NCBI GenBank assembly: GCA_902795385.1
Contig: CADBLC010000002.1
Location: 1 to 46,026 of the forward strand
Origin: Fibrobacter succinogenes
Lineage (GTDB): Bacteria > Fibrobacterota > Fibrobacteria > Fibrobacterales > Fibrobacteraceae
Reading direction: 5' to 3'
DNA: 46,026 bases
Of the stretch, positions 25,799 to 35,323 are shown piece by piece. Positions within the stretch are counted from its first letter, which is position 1; every line of letters starts with the position of its first letter. Below the pieces are notes generated by a model, which saw nothing but the letters and a program-made list of their open reading frames with translations, did not search any database and had not been told where the DNA came from. The position numbers were made by a program, and so were the translations under genes.

Positions 25799-28132
25799 AT
25801 GAAAAAGGATTATTTTAGGGGTGTTTTGCGTTCGCTGCGTGCGGGACGAACCAACAAGAAAATCTCATTGGACTTCATAACGCTCAAAAGTTATGAATAC
25901 TGGATCCGCATGATGCGAATCTGCAAGAGTTACCCCGATGCGGACGACTGCATCGCGATTTTCCCGAAGGAGCGCGCCTCCCGCGTATTGATGGACCTTA
26001 CGGACCACTTTGAGCTGCTTAATGAGGCCGAGGCCAACATGCCTGCCGCCGAGAAGAAGTCCTTTGTCCTGGAGTCAAACGCGAATTACGCCGGGAAGCG
26101 GCTTCGCTGCGATGAAGATGATGAAGAAAGGAGCATCGCTTTCCAAAGGCGCGAAATGGCTGTGGTGCGGTTCAACGATGTCATCAACAGGTCGTGTTCC
26201 ATCAGGGAGATTACAGAATTCGTAAGGAATTACCTGTGCAACGAGGGCATCTTCGATACTTCTTCGCAGAAGGTATTCTACGAAAGCGTGTCGCGCGAGC
26301 TCGAAAATTTCCTTAGCGAGAACGAGCACGTCGAAGATGGTTATTTCAGGCGCCTGAACATTGTGCAGAAGGCGTTCAACCTGAGCGACGACGAGATGGA
26401 AATCATGATGTTCTCGTGGATATTCTTCAACAAGGAACAGTGCAACTCGCTTTTGGAGATGGTCGGTTCACGAAGGTTCCGTGGCGCCGCCCTTCCGGAT
26501 ATTTTCCCGCAGCTTTACCCGGATATCGATTTCGAGAGCATCGTCTCCAACAAGGGCGTGCTCAAGCAGATGGGAATCCTTGACGAGGATCTCGATATCT
26601 CCAAGCGCGTCGGGATGTTCCTGGACGGACATTCGGGCAATGACCTCGACAGCCTTTACTTCAGGGTTTACGAGGGCGACTGCATTGCATACAAGAAGCT
26701 CTGCCGCAAGAATCCGAAGGTGGAACTCGCGTTCAACATGCTCAAGCACCACAAGATGGGCGAAGGCCTGAACCTGTTCCTTTACGGCGTCGAGGGTACC
26801 GGAAAGACGGAACTCGCGAAGGCTATCGCGAAGGAACTCAAGCGTCCACTGGTGCTTACCAACATCAGCACCGAAGGCACCCACCGCGAGAACAAGGACA
26901 ATTCGGTGGTGCGCTGCCGCATGGGAAGCATTCTCTACGCCGCCACCAAGTACCAGAAAAAGAAGGCCATCCTCCTGGTCGACGAGGCTGACGTGATTCT
27001 CAACTGCTGCGAGAAGGGCGCGCTGAACTTCTTCCTGGAACAAATCAAGGTTCCGGTCATCTGGATTTCGAATACCGTAAACTGGATAGAGAACAGCACC
27101 TTGCGCCGCTTTGACTATTCCATCCATTTCGACCGCCCCGATGCGGAAAGGCGCGAGCAGGTCTGGGAATCGGTTGTAAGCGAACAGGGCGCAAAATCTT
27201 TTGTTCCGGAAGAGATGGTGAAGCAGTTCGCTGCGGAATTCCAGATTACGGCCGGCGGCATCACGCAAGCGATTGCGGGCACCAAGAAGTTGCTGGAGGC
27301 GGGCTGCAAGCTGGACCCCATCAAGAGCATCCGCACCATCGCCGAGGCCCAGGCAGAGCTCCTGAAACTCGACATGGAATATGCGAACCGCGACAAGGAA
27401 AGTCGCGCGCCCCGCTATTTGCTGGAAGCCATCAACACCGACGCGGACATGCCGAAGATTCTGAAGGTGATGAACTCCTTTGATGCGAAGTGGCAAGAAA
27501 TGAAGGAAGGCGACCGTCCCGACAGCCTGAACATGCTGCTCTACGGGCCGCCGGGTACCGGCAAGACGGAATTCGCGAAGCATCTGGCGCGCACGCTCAA
27601 CCGCAAGCTCGTTGTCAAGAAGGCGAGCGATCTTTTGAACTGCTACGTGGGCGAAACCGAGAAGGCTATCCGCAGGATGTTCAAGGATGCCGAAAAGGCG
27701 AAGGCCATCCTTTTCCTCGACGAGGCCGACAGCCTAATCCGTGACCGCAGCGGCGCCGCCCGTAACTGGGAAGTGACCCAGGTGAACGAGATGCTCACGC
27801 AGATGGAGAACTTCAAGGGAATCTTCATCGCGGCAACAAACTTCGAAGGCGAACTCGATACGGCTTCACGCAGGCGCTTTGCCCTGAAGGTGAAGTTCGG
27901 CTACCTGAAGCCCGAGGGCATCGAGAAGATGTGGCAGGCGTTTTTCCCAAGCCTTGAAATGCCCGACGCGGTACGGAATATCCGGATGCTCACCCCGGGT
28001 GACTTTAATGCGGCATACGGCTCGCTCCGCTTTTACGACGAAAGTGAACTCACGCCCGAGGCAATCCTCAACGCGCTCAAGTCCGAAGTCGCCTACAAGG
28101 ACGACCGTGAAGGGCGAAGAATGGGACTGTAA
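25799..28132 (+). CDS. Tandem (two-ring) AAA+ ATPase with an unknown N-terminal region
   Basis: Module 1: GVEGTGKT, LLVDEAD, LRRF. Module 2: GPPGTGKT, YVGETEK, LFLDEAD, ATN, RRRF. Confidence 0.9.
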   Translation: MKKDYFRGVLRSLRAGRTNKKISLDFITLKSYEYWIRMMRICKSYPDADDCIAIFPKERASRVLMDLTDHFELLNEAEANMPAAEKKSFVLESNANYAGKRLRCDEDDEERSIAFQRREMAVVRFNDVINRSCSIREITEFVRNYLCNEGIFDTSSQKVFYESVSRELENFLSENEHVEDGYFRRLNIVQKAFNLSDDEMEIMMFSWIFFNKEQCNSLLEMVGSRRFRGAALPDIFPQLYPDIDFESIVSNKGVLKQMGILDEDLDISKRVGMFLDGHSGNDLDSLYFRVYEGDCIAYKKLCRKNPKVELAFNMLKHHKMGEGLNLFLYGVEGTGKTELAKAIAKELKRPLVLTNISTEGTHRENKDNSVVRCRMGSILYAATKYQKKKAILLVDEADVILNCCEKGALNFFLEQIKVPVIWISNTVNWIENSTLRRFDYSIHFDRPDAERREQVWESVVSEQGAKSFVPEEMVKQFAAEFQITAGGITQAIAGTKKLLEAGCKLDPIKSIRTIAEAQAELLKLDMEYANRDKESRAPRYLLEAINTDADMPKILKVMNSFDAKWQEMKEGDRPDSLNMLLYGPPGTGKTEFAKHLARTLNRKLVVKKASDLLNCYVGETEKAIRRMFKDAEKAKAILFLDEADSLIRDRSGAARNWEVTQVNEMLTQMENFKGIFIAATNFEGELDTASRRRFALKVKFGYLKPEGIEKMWQAFFPSLEMPDAVRNIRMLTPGDFNAAYGSLRFYDESELTPEAILNALKSEVAYKDDREGRRMGL

Positions 28133-28188
28133 AAGACGGGAATATTTTTTGTCACTCAATTGACAAATTATTTGACTATATTCTGAGT

Positions 28189-31100
28189 ATGCTGCATCTT
28201 AAATTTGCCCTGAATCTGGAACATCTCGCCGACGAGATGATCGAAGCCATTTCGGTCAACTGGACCTCCCCTTTCGAGGCCCCCGTAGTGATTTTCCCCG
28301 ACCCGAAACTGGAACAGTGGTTTCGCCTGCGCTGGATGAAAAAGAAGGGCGTTCTCGCCAACCTGAACAAGAGCACCATTGACAGGTTCCTGTTCGATAT
28401 TCTGGTGGGAGATAATCGCAAGTTGAAAAAACTCTCGTCAGAAATGCTTGCGAACGTAATCATGGCATATTTGTTGGGCAAGGATGACGGAGTGACCCCC
28501 AATTACGAATCACTGGATTCCAACGTCGCCAAATACCTGACGAAAACGGACGGCGAAAAAAAGACTCTTGACGAAGGTCGACTTTTCGATTTTTCAAACA
28601 AGCTGGCAGGCCTGTTTCTTGAATATGAAACGAGCCGTCCCAAAGACTTTCTGCAAAATGACGAAGGCAATATCGCCAAGGGAATTCTTGACTACTGGTC
28701 AGAGGAGCGTTTAAAGTCTCCGGAAGGCCTGAAAGATTTCTTCGTAAAAAAAACGGCGGCAGGCACATTGGAGCCCGTCAACAACGAATCATGGGAACGG
28801 TCTCTGTACTCCAAGATATTCCATAACGTAAACGGAAAGTCCCTGCTGACGCGCGTCTTCGAAAAAGCCGATAGCGAACCCGACCCCGATAAAAAAGTCA
28901 AATATTTGACCTTGCCCTTCCTGTACAAGGCAAATCTTGATGGCGACGGGAAACCGCAATTCAAGTACAAGTCCAAGGCGCCCATCTTCATTCTGGGGCT
29001 TTCGGGCATGGGGCAGTTCTATAGGATAGTCTTACGCGAATTTGCAAAACAGCACGAGGTTTATGCCTACATCCAGAATCCGTGCATGGAATTCTGGGAA
29101 GATCTCGACACGTCGTCCTTCACCCCAAAAATCACGACGACTCACGAAGGTGACGAGCTTTCGGAAACGGAGGATCCTGTATCGGACAACGAGAACAATC
29201 TCCTTAGATATTGGGGCAAGTCCGGTAGAGACAATATCAAGCTGTGGTGCCTTACGGACGACTATTCCTCATGCGATTTTGCCGAAGACGAGCATTTGGA
29301 GCTACTTGACGAAGACCTGGAAACGCCGAAAGACCTTTTACATGCGGTCCAGTGTCTGGCCGCAGAACGCGCCAACAAATTTGAAAACGGGTTGTTCCCG
29401 ATAAAGAACGAGGACGAGTCACTCACAATTACGGCGGCCCCCAGCAAGCTGCGCGAAGTCGAAGCACTGCATTCCTCCATTTGCAAGTTGCTGTTGCAGG
29501 GAGTCCATTCAAACGACATCCTGGTCGTATCGCCGAACTTGCAGGAATACAGCCCCTATATTTATCAAATTTTTGACCAGGCAAAAAACGCTGCCGAAAA
29601 CGGGGACAAGTCCATTGTCCATGTCCCCTATACGATTGTAGACTCCATTTCCAAGGATTCCCTTGTCGGTTCCGTGATTCGAACCCTTTTCCAAGTTCGA
29701 AAGGAACATTCTATTTCGCGCCCAGACTTCTTCGAGTTGGTCCGAAATCCCGTAGTCCAGGCTGCCCGGGGAATCACGCCCGACATGGTTGACATATGGG
29801 AAACGTGGATTACCGATATGCACGTTTACCGCGACAGACCAAAACAAAAAATCGAGCCTTGGCAATGGGCGGTCAAGAGGATGCTCCTGGCGCGTCTCAC
29901 CACCAAAACGCAAGAAATCGACAACAAGGTCTATTCGCCTTACGCGAACATGAACAGCACAAACGACTTGCTGCTGATAAAATTCATCGACGCCATCGAA
30001 GATCTTGAAAAATGGACAAACGTCTTTGAAAACGGCATTACCGAAAAAGATTCCGAGACCTTGCTAGAAATGCTCAATAGCTGGGCGAACATGAAAAACG
30101 CCTCCGACGAGCTCGTTGGCGAAAAGGCCGCATATTTCGAAATCTGCAAAGCGCTCAATCGTTTAAATTACATATTCTTCGCAGAAACAACCGATTCCAT
30201 CCCGACGGACATCGTAAAAGAAAGTATTCTCCAGGCGGCAACCGTATCGGAATTCAGTTTCGGCAACCTATTCGTGAACGGAATCTCGTTTATGAAATTT
30301 GCGCCCAACAGGGTCATTCCCGTAAAGCACCTGTTCTTCTTGGGCGCCGATGTAGACCACTTCCCAAGCGACGATTCTTTCAACACCCTGGATTTACGCA
30401 AGCAAGTTCGCCCGTGGCCAGGTGACGACACGAGCATCAACCGCAATCGATACGCATTCCTTTGCCAACTGATGTGCACGTCCGAAGGATTCCATATCAG
30501 TTATCAGAACATGAACCTCGCAAAGGATAGCGAAATCTACCCATCACCGGTAATCAACGACCTAAAAAACTTCGTTGCAGGCTTTGCCGAAAAGCTGAAG
30601 GACGATTCCACAGAAAAAGATGTGGAACCGCTTCCTACAACCATAATCCCGCTCGACGAGACTCGTTGCAAGGAAAGCTTGTTTACAAGACGCGGGCGCA
30701 GGTACCTGGAATCAATCGAACACATCCGGGCACCCAAACCTAGTGACGACACATCCGGCGCAAAGGCTTTGAACACCGAACAAGCTACCAAGCATCCGGA
30801 TAAAGTCACTATTTCCCAGTTGAAGCAGTACTTGAACGATCCATTCCAGTTTTTCGCGAACCGAATGCTGCACCTGGAAGAATCGGGCGACGATCCAACG
30901 GAAGATGCCGTTGAACCGATTAGCTTGAGTAAGCTTGATGAAGCACATTTCTTAAAGCAAGCTGTATATATAGAGATGGGCCTCGACAAGAACTTTGACA
31001 ATGTTGATGTTTACTTCGAGAGTCTTGAATCGCAGGGGAATATCCCTTCGGGAATGTTCGGTGCAGGCATAATCGACAAAATCAAAGCCCGTACCGAATT

Positions 31101-31737
31101 GATAAAAAGTGAATTAGACTGCTTGTTTCCGGCAAAAAAATATGAGTGTGAAACCATCGAACTGAATGAATGTATTGCTGATTCCGATGGCTTAGAATTT
31201 ATTTTGCAAGGCAACATCCCTCTAGTATTTTCGTCCAAAGGGAAATATATCATTGTCGATGTCAGCAATTCAGATAGATTAGGAATTTATAAGTACTTGA
31301 ATTCTTATATCGGGGCTTTGGGGCTAATCGCCGCGCGTAAAGCAACAAAAGTCGATTTGTTTATTGCAACTGGGGAAATTCAAGATGAATCGGAGTATGA
31401 GGCGGTCTCATGTCGTATAGACATGCTTTCGGACGATGCAAAGGAAGTTCTTTGCGACATGTACAAAAATGCCTTTATTGACCTAGATCATAAAATACTC
31501 CCCATAAGTCTTCTCTCCTCTGATATCAAAAATCATGAAGAGCTTAAGGCGGAACTGGAAGACGATCGTAACGGTCCATGGGCCTATTTTGCAGGCAAGG
31601 ATCTCTTTATTAACGAACTAGAAAAATATTCGGGTTATCCTAAGGACAATTTTGCCGAAAAATGGGATAAGGCGTGTAAAAAACAAAAAGAATTGCTGGG
31701 CGGTTTGACCAGTATGTTAGAAGGGGCTGTGAAATAA
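28189..31737 (+). CDS. recC: Exodeoxyribonuclease V gamma subunit
   Basis: LEHLA...PF...VI.P...QW N-terminus, NPC.EFW, LL..WGK.GRD, REVEALH, DILV..P and degenerate C-terminal nuclease-like domain. Confidence 0.88.
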   Translation: MLHLKFALNLEHLADEMIEAISVNWTSPFEAPVVIFPDPKLEQWFRLRWMKKKGVLANLNKSTIDRFLFDILVGDNRKLKKLSSEMLANVIMAYLLGKDDGVTPNYESLDSNVAKYLTKTDGEKKTLDEGRLFDFSNKLAGLFLEYETSRPKDFLQNDEGNIAKGILDYWSEERLKSPEGLKDFFVKKTAAGTLEPVNNESWERSLYSKIFHNVNGKSLLTRVFEKADSEPDPDKKVKYLTLPFLYKANLDGDGKPQFKYKSKAPIFILGLSGMGQFYRIVLREFAKQHEVYAYIQNPCMEFWEDLDTSSFTPKITTTHEGDELSETEDPVSDNENNLLRYWGKSGRDNIKLWCLTDDYSSCDFAEDEHLELLDEDLETPKDLLHAVQCLAAERANKFENGLFPIKNEDESLTITAAPSKLREVEALHSSICKLLLQGVHSNDILVVSPNLQEYSPYIYQIFDQAKNAAENGDKSIVHVPYTIVDSISKDSLVGSVIRTLFQVRKEHSISRPDFFELVRNPVVQAARGITPDMVDIWETWITDMHVYRDRPKQKIEPWQWAVKRMLLARLTTKTQEIDNKVYSPYANMNSTNDLLLIKFIDAIEDLEKWTNVFENGITEKDSETLLEMLNSWANMKNASDELVGEKAAYFEICKALNRLNYIFFAETTDSIPTDIVKESILQAATVSEFSFGNLFVNGISFMKFAPNRVIPVKHLFFLGADVDHFPSDDSFNTLDLRKQVRPWPGDDTSINRNRYAFLCQLMCTSEGFHISYQNMNLAKDSEIYPSPVINDLKNFVAGFAEKLKDDSTEKDVEPLPTTIIPLDETRCKESLFTRRGRRYLESIEHIRAPKPSDDTSGAKALNTEQATKHPDKVTISQLKQYLNDPFQFFANRMLHLEESGDDPTEDAVEPISLSKLDEAHFLKQAVYIEMGLDKNFDNVDVYFESLESQGNIPSGMFGAGIIDKIKARTELIKSELDCLFPAKKYECETIELNECIADSDGLEFILQGNIPLVFSSKGKYIIVDVSNSDRLGIYKYLNSYIGALGLIAARKATKVDLFIATGEIQDESEYEAVSCRIDMLSDDAKEVLCDMYKNAFIDLDHKILPISLLSSDIKNHEELKAELEDDRNGPWAYFAGKDLFINELEKYSGYPKDNFAEKWDKACKKQKELLGGLTSMLEGAVK

Positions 31738-34700
31738 TGAGCGACGCGATTGAACTACAACCTTTTGATATCACGACTTTTTCCCCAGAAAAGAACCAGT
31801 ACATCGAAGCTTCTGCGGGAACGGGAAAAACCTATACAATCCGAAAGATTTCTGCCGAATTGGTCAGAAACAACATCCCCCTTTCCAACGTACTCTTTGT
31901 AACATATACGGAAAAAGCTGCCGGAGAAATGCGTGACCGCATTCGTGAAGAAATGAATGAATGCTTGGCGTGTGCAAAGTCCAAAGAAAAAGCTCTATTC
32001 GAAAGAGCTTGTCAAGATATCGACAAGGCCATGATTGGAACAATCCATTCGTTCTGCCGTAAGACCTTGCATGATTTCGCTTACGAAGCCAACGTTCCGT
32101 TTGACATGGAAAATGCTGATGACCAAGCTGCCGAGGTGGTTATTGACAGGCTGATTCGCGATGAATGGGAAAGCGACATATGCAGTTTGCCAAGAAAGAA
32201 GTCTTTGCCAGAAGATGTCGAAGATATAAAGACTTTGCTAAAGAGTTCGCTGAGATTGTATTCGCCGGATAAAAAGGAAATTGTTCCAGCAACAACGATT
32301 CAGGAATGGTTTGAACAGAACCCTGAAGCCAAAAAGCACTGGGATATATTGAATAAAAATGCAGAAATGACGTTTTCCGCGTTGGAAAGAAACAAAGAAA
32401 AAGTATTTCCCGTATCAGACATCATACAGAAAGTCAACGTTTGGACAGGAAGTGGCATGCTGTTCACTGGTGTAGGCACTAAGCTGGCTCAAGAATCGCC
32501 TGACGCCCTCGGGAAAGCCTTGTCTTATTTCTTTAGCATAAGGGACGGAAAAAAAATAAAGTTGGTGGCGGCCGATGAGGTCGCGCGCATCAAATTTCTA
32601 AACGAAACGACTAAAGATCTTTACTCTCGTTGGCAGCAGGAAAAAGCCCGCAAAAAGGCGCAGTCTTTTGACGATATGATATCGGCGGTACGCGAGGCAG
32701 TCTGCCCAAATGGAATTGCTCCAGAAATCCCGACTTTCTTGTGCGAAAAAATTCGCGATACCTACAAGATTGCCATTATAGACGAATTCCAGGATACCAA
32801 CGAATATCAGTGGAATATTTTCGAGACCGTGTTCCAGAAGAGTGCCCGAAACCATATTATTGTCGTTGGCGACCCAAAACAGTCCATTTATAGTTTCCAA
32901 GGCGCCGATTTGCAGGTGTATCGACGGGCAACAAAATGTATTGGCAATGGGAGCGCGCTTAAAACAAATTTCCGCTCTTCCATATCGATGATTAATGCCT
33001 GCAATTCCATATTTTCGATTGGCGATAACTCTGCGTATCCTTTCTTACCCAAGGGCGATTTCACCGATTCTAAATATCCTGAAGACGCTAAAAATCAACG
33101 GCAAAACGCTTTATTCAATGGTATGCTTACCAAGCCTATTTGGGTTTCGCCGATAGTCCCCGAAAAGGGCTTTGCGCGTTTTGCAGTCCAAAAGATTATT
33201 GAATGCTGTAAAGAATCAAATCAAAAGACGGCCCTGCAGGTTTTTGACCGCGGCGCCACGGAACCCCGGAATGTCAACTTCTCGGATTTTGTCGTACTCG
33301 GACGAACAAGACCCGAAATGGACGAAATTAAGGAATGCCTCACAGAAGTCGGCATCCCCTTTGTGCTTTACAAGGACAACTCCCTATTTGATTCTAGAGA
33401 ATGTGCGGAATGGATTTCTGTTCTTAAAATGCTTGCCGCACCGAACTTGTCGGGCTACAACGGCAAACTGCTGAACAGCGCCTTTGTTACGGATTTTTTT
33501 GGTGAAGACCTGTGCAATTTGAGTGACGATCCTCAAAAGGATATGGACGAAACCGTTCTTACCCAAATCGCTTATTGGCGATTACTTGCCTCTAAAAAGC
33601 AATGGACGGAACTTCAGGAGCAGATTTATGAAGACACTCGCATCGAACAAAAGCTGAGTACTCCTTCGAGATTACAGGATTTGATGAAGTTGCGCCAGAT
33701 AGGCAACTACATCTTTAGCTATCTGTACGAAAAGAAATCAACTCTTCAGCAGGCTATCAAGCATCTGGAAACTCTGGCTAACGATAGCAAAAAGGCTGGT
33801 GACGAAGAAAAGAATCTCGTCGCCAAGGGAACCGACTTCAAGGCGGTTCGCCTGATGACAATTCATGCATCCAAGGGATTGGAATTCCCTGTAGTCATTT
33901 CCTGTGCCGGGTATAAGGAACTGTACAAAAATGCCTCAGGCCCTTATGTATTTGGGCAAGAATCAGAAAAAGACGAGACGATTCTGCAGAAATACATTGG
34001 ATTCGACAAGGGAAGTCAAAAGAATCGCCAGCAAGAAGAAATCGTCGAGTGGCATCGCCTGCTTTATGTCGATTATACGAGAGCTTCATCTCTTTTAATC
34101 TTACCCCAATACGATAAATGGTATGAATGCGAAAAAGAAGGACAAAAGATTGTTTATGAAAAGCGTTATGGATTGAAAATGAGGAAACTCGTTCTCGATA
34201 AAGACAATAATGCTGTTATAGACAAAAAGTCCCCGTGGGCATTCCTCGCCTACGCGCATACTAAAATATGCGAAGAAAACATATTTGCCGCATCAGATGA
34301 ATGGAACGGCTCGTGGAAAGTCGATGAACTCGTGAGCGCCGTAACCGAGGAACTGGCGTTCTTTAACAAGGACGAAAAAACAGATTCATCCGAATTACCA
34401 AGCTTGGAGATACTCAAGGCCATCCGCAAGACACTTAAGGATTCAAGCCTTTACCAGCACTCATATTCATCCATCGATAAAAAGTCTTCGGGCATAGAGC
34501 TTCTCTCTGCCGACGGCACCTTGCAAAACCGCTCGGGCGACGAACCCGACGAAGAGACATCTATGGAAGTTGCCGAAGACCAGGACTATCCGCGCGGTAA
34601 CCTTTTTGGTGAAGCCCTTCACCAAGTCTTCGAGGAACTCGATTTTGTGCGGATTGGCAACATGACTTTAAAAGACGCACAAGAAGACAGCGAACTCCAC

Positions 34701-35321
34701 GAACTTATCACCACTAAGTTCCTATCGCAGGGTCTGCCCATCGGCAAGCACCCAAATTGGATGACAAGGACCATCGAGATTGTCTGGAATACGATGAACG
34801 CCTCGTTCCAAGAAATCCATGGAACAGAAAAAACGGGAAAAGTGTTTAACCTCAAGGAACTAGAATCTTCACAGCGTCTTGCCGAAATGGAGTTCCGCCT
34901 GAAGGCAAACGATGGCGGAGACGAAATCCTCAAGACATTCACCAAAGGCTTTATGGACTTGGTCTTTGTACGCAAGGACGGCGACAAAGAATATTACTCC
35001 GTATTGGACTGGAAATCAAATTTGTTAAAGCAATACGATTCCGAGTCGAGTTTTGAGGCGGTAAAGGAACATTACTCCATCCAGATGGTTTTGTATTCCT
35101 ATTGTCTAATCAAATGGCTGTGTTCTATATGGAATGAATCTTCGCCAGAAAAAGTGTACAAGGAAAATTTTGGCGGTATTTACTACGTATTTGCTCGTGG
35201 CTGCAAAAAAGACAAAGACAATGGCATATATGCCCATAGATGGCCATCTTTTGCAGATCTTGAAATGGCATACCGGGAAATTGAACAGTTGATGCTTGCG
35301 CCTCGCAAGGCGGAGGTTTAA
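31737..35321 (+). CDS. recB: Exodeoxyribonuclease V beta subunit (helicase-nuclease)
   Basis: EASAGTGKTY, TIHSFC, DEFQDT, GDPKQSIY.F, TIHASKGLEF; nuclease G..LH, GFMDL, DWKSN, Q..LY. Confidence 0.92.
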   Translation: MSDAIELQPFDITTFSPEKNQYIEASAGTGKTYTIRKISAELVRNNIPLSNVLFVTYTEKAAGEMRDRIREEMNECLACAKSKEKALFERACQDIDKAMIGTIHSFCRKTLHDFAYEANVPFDMENADDQAAEVVIDRLIRDEWESDICSLPRKKSLPEDVEDIKTLLKSSLRLYSPDKKEIVPATTIQEWFEQNPEAKKHWDILNKNAEMTFSALERNKEKVFPVSDIIQKVNVWTGSGMLFTGVGTKLAQESPDALGKALSYFFSIRDGKKIKLVAADEVARIKFLNETTKDLYSRWQQEKARKKAQSFDDMISAVREAVCPNGIAPEIPTFLCEKIRDTYKIAIIDEFQDTNEYQWNIFETVFQKSARNHIIVVGDPKQSIYSFQGADLQVYRRATKCIGNGSALKTNFRSSISMINACNSIFSIGDNSAYPFLPKGDFTDSKYPEDAKNQRQNALFNGMLTKPIWVSPIVPEKGFARFAVQKIIECCKESNQKTALQVFDRGATEPRNVNFSDFVVLGRTRPEMDEIKECLTEVGIPFVLYKDNSLFDSRECAEWISVLKMLAAPNLSGYNGKLLNSAFVTDFFGEDLCNLSDDPQKDMDETVLTQIAYWRLLASKKQWTELQEQIYEDTRIEQKLSTPSRLQDLMKLRQIGNYIFSYLYEKKSTLQQAIKHLETLANDSKKAGDEEKNLVAKGTDFKAVRLMTIHASKGLEFPVVISCAGYKELYKNASGPYVFGQESEKDETILQKYIGFDKGSQKNRQQEEIVEWHRLLYVDYTRASSLLILPQYDKWYECEKEGQKIVYEKRYGLKMRKLVLDKDNNAVIDKKSPWAFLAYAHTKICEENIFAASDEWNGSWKVDELVSAVTEELAFFNKDEKTDSSELPSLEILKAIRKTLKDSSLYQHSYSSIDKKSSGIELLSADGTLQNRSGDEPDEETSMEVAEDQDYPRGNLFGEALHQVFEELDFVRIGNMTLKDAQEDSELHELITTKFLSQGLPIGKHPNWMTRTIEIVWNTMNASFQEIHGTEKTGKVFNLKELESSQRLAEMEFRLKANDGGDEILKTFTKGFMDLVFVRKDGDKEYYSVLDWKSNLLKQYDSESSFEAVKEHYSIQMVLYSYCLIKWLCSIWNESSPEKVYKENFGGIYYVFARGCKKDKDNGIYAHRWPSFADLEMAYREIEQLMLAPRKAEV

Positions 35322-35323
35322 AG

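Noticed and set aside
28148-28182. Definite WYL box before recC
   Set aside because: The spacing fits but the half-sites differ (TGTCA-N6-TGACA); kept only as a weak possibility.
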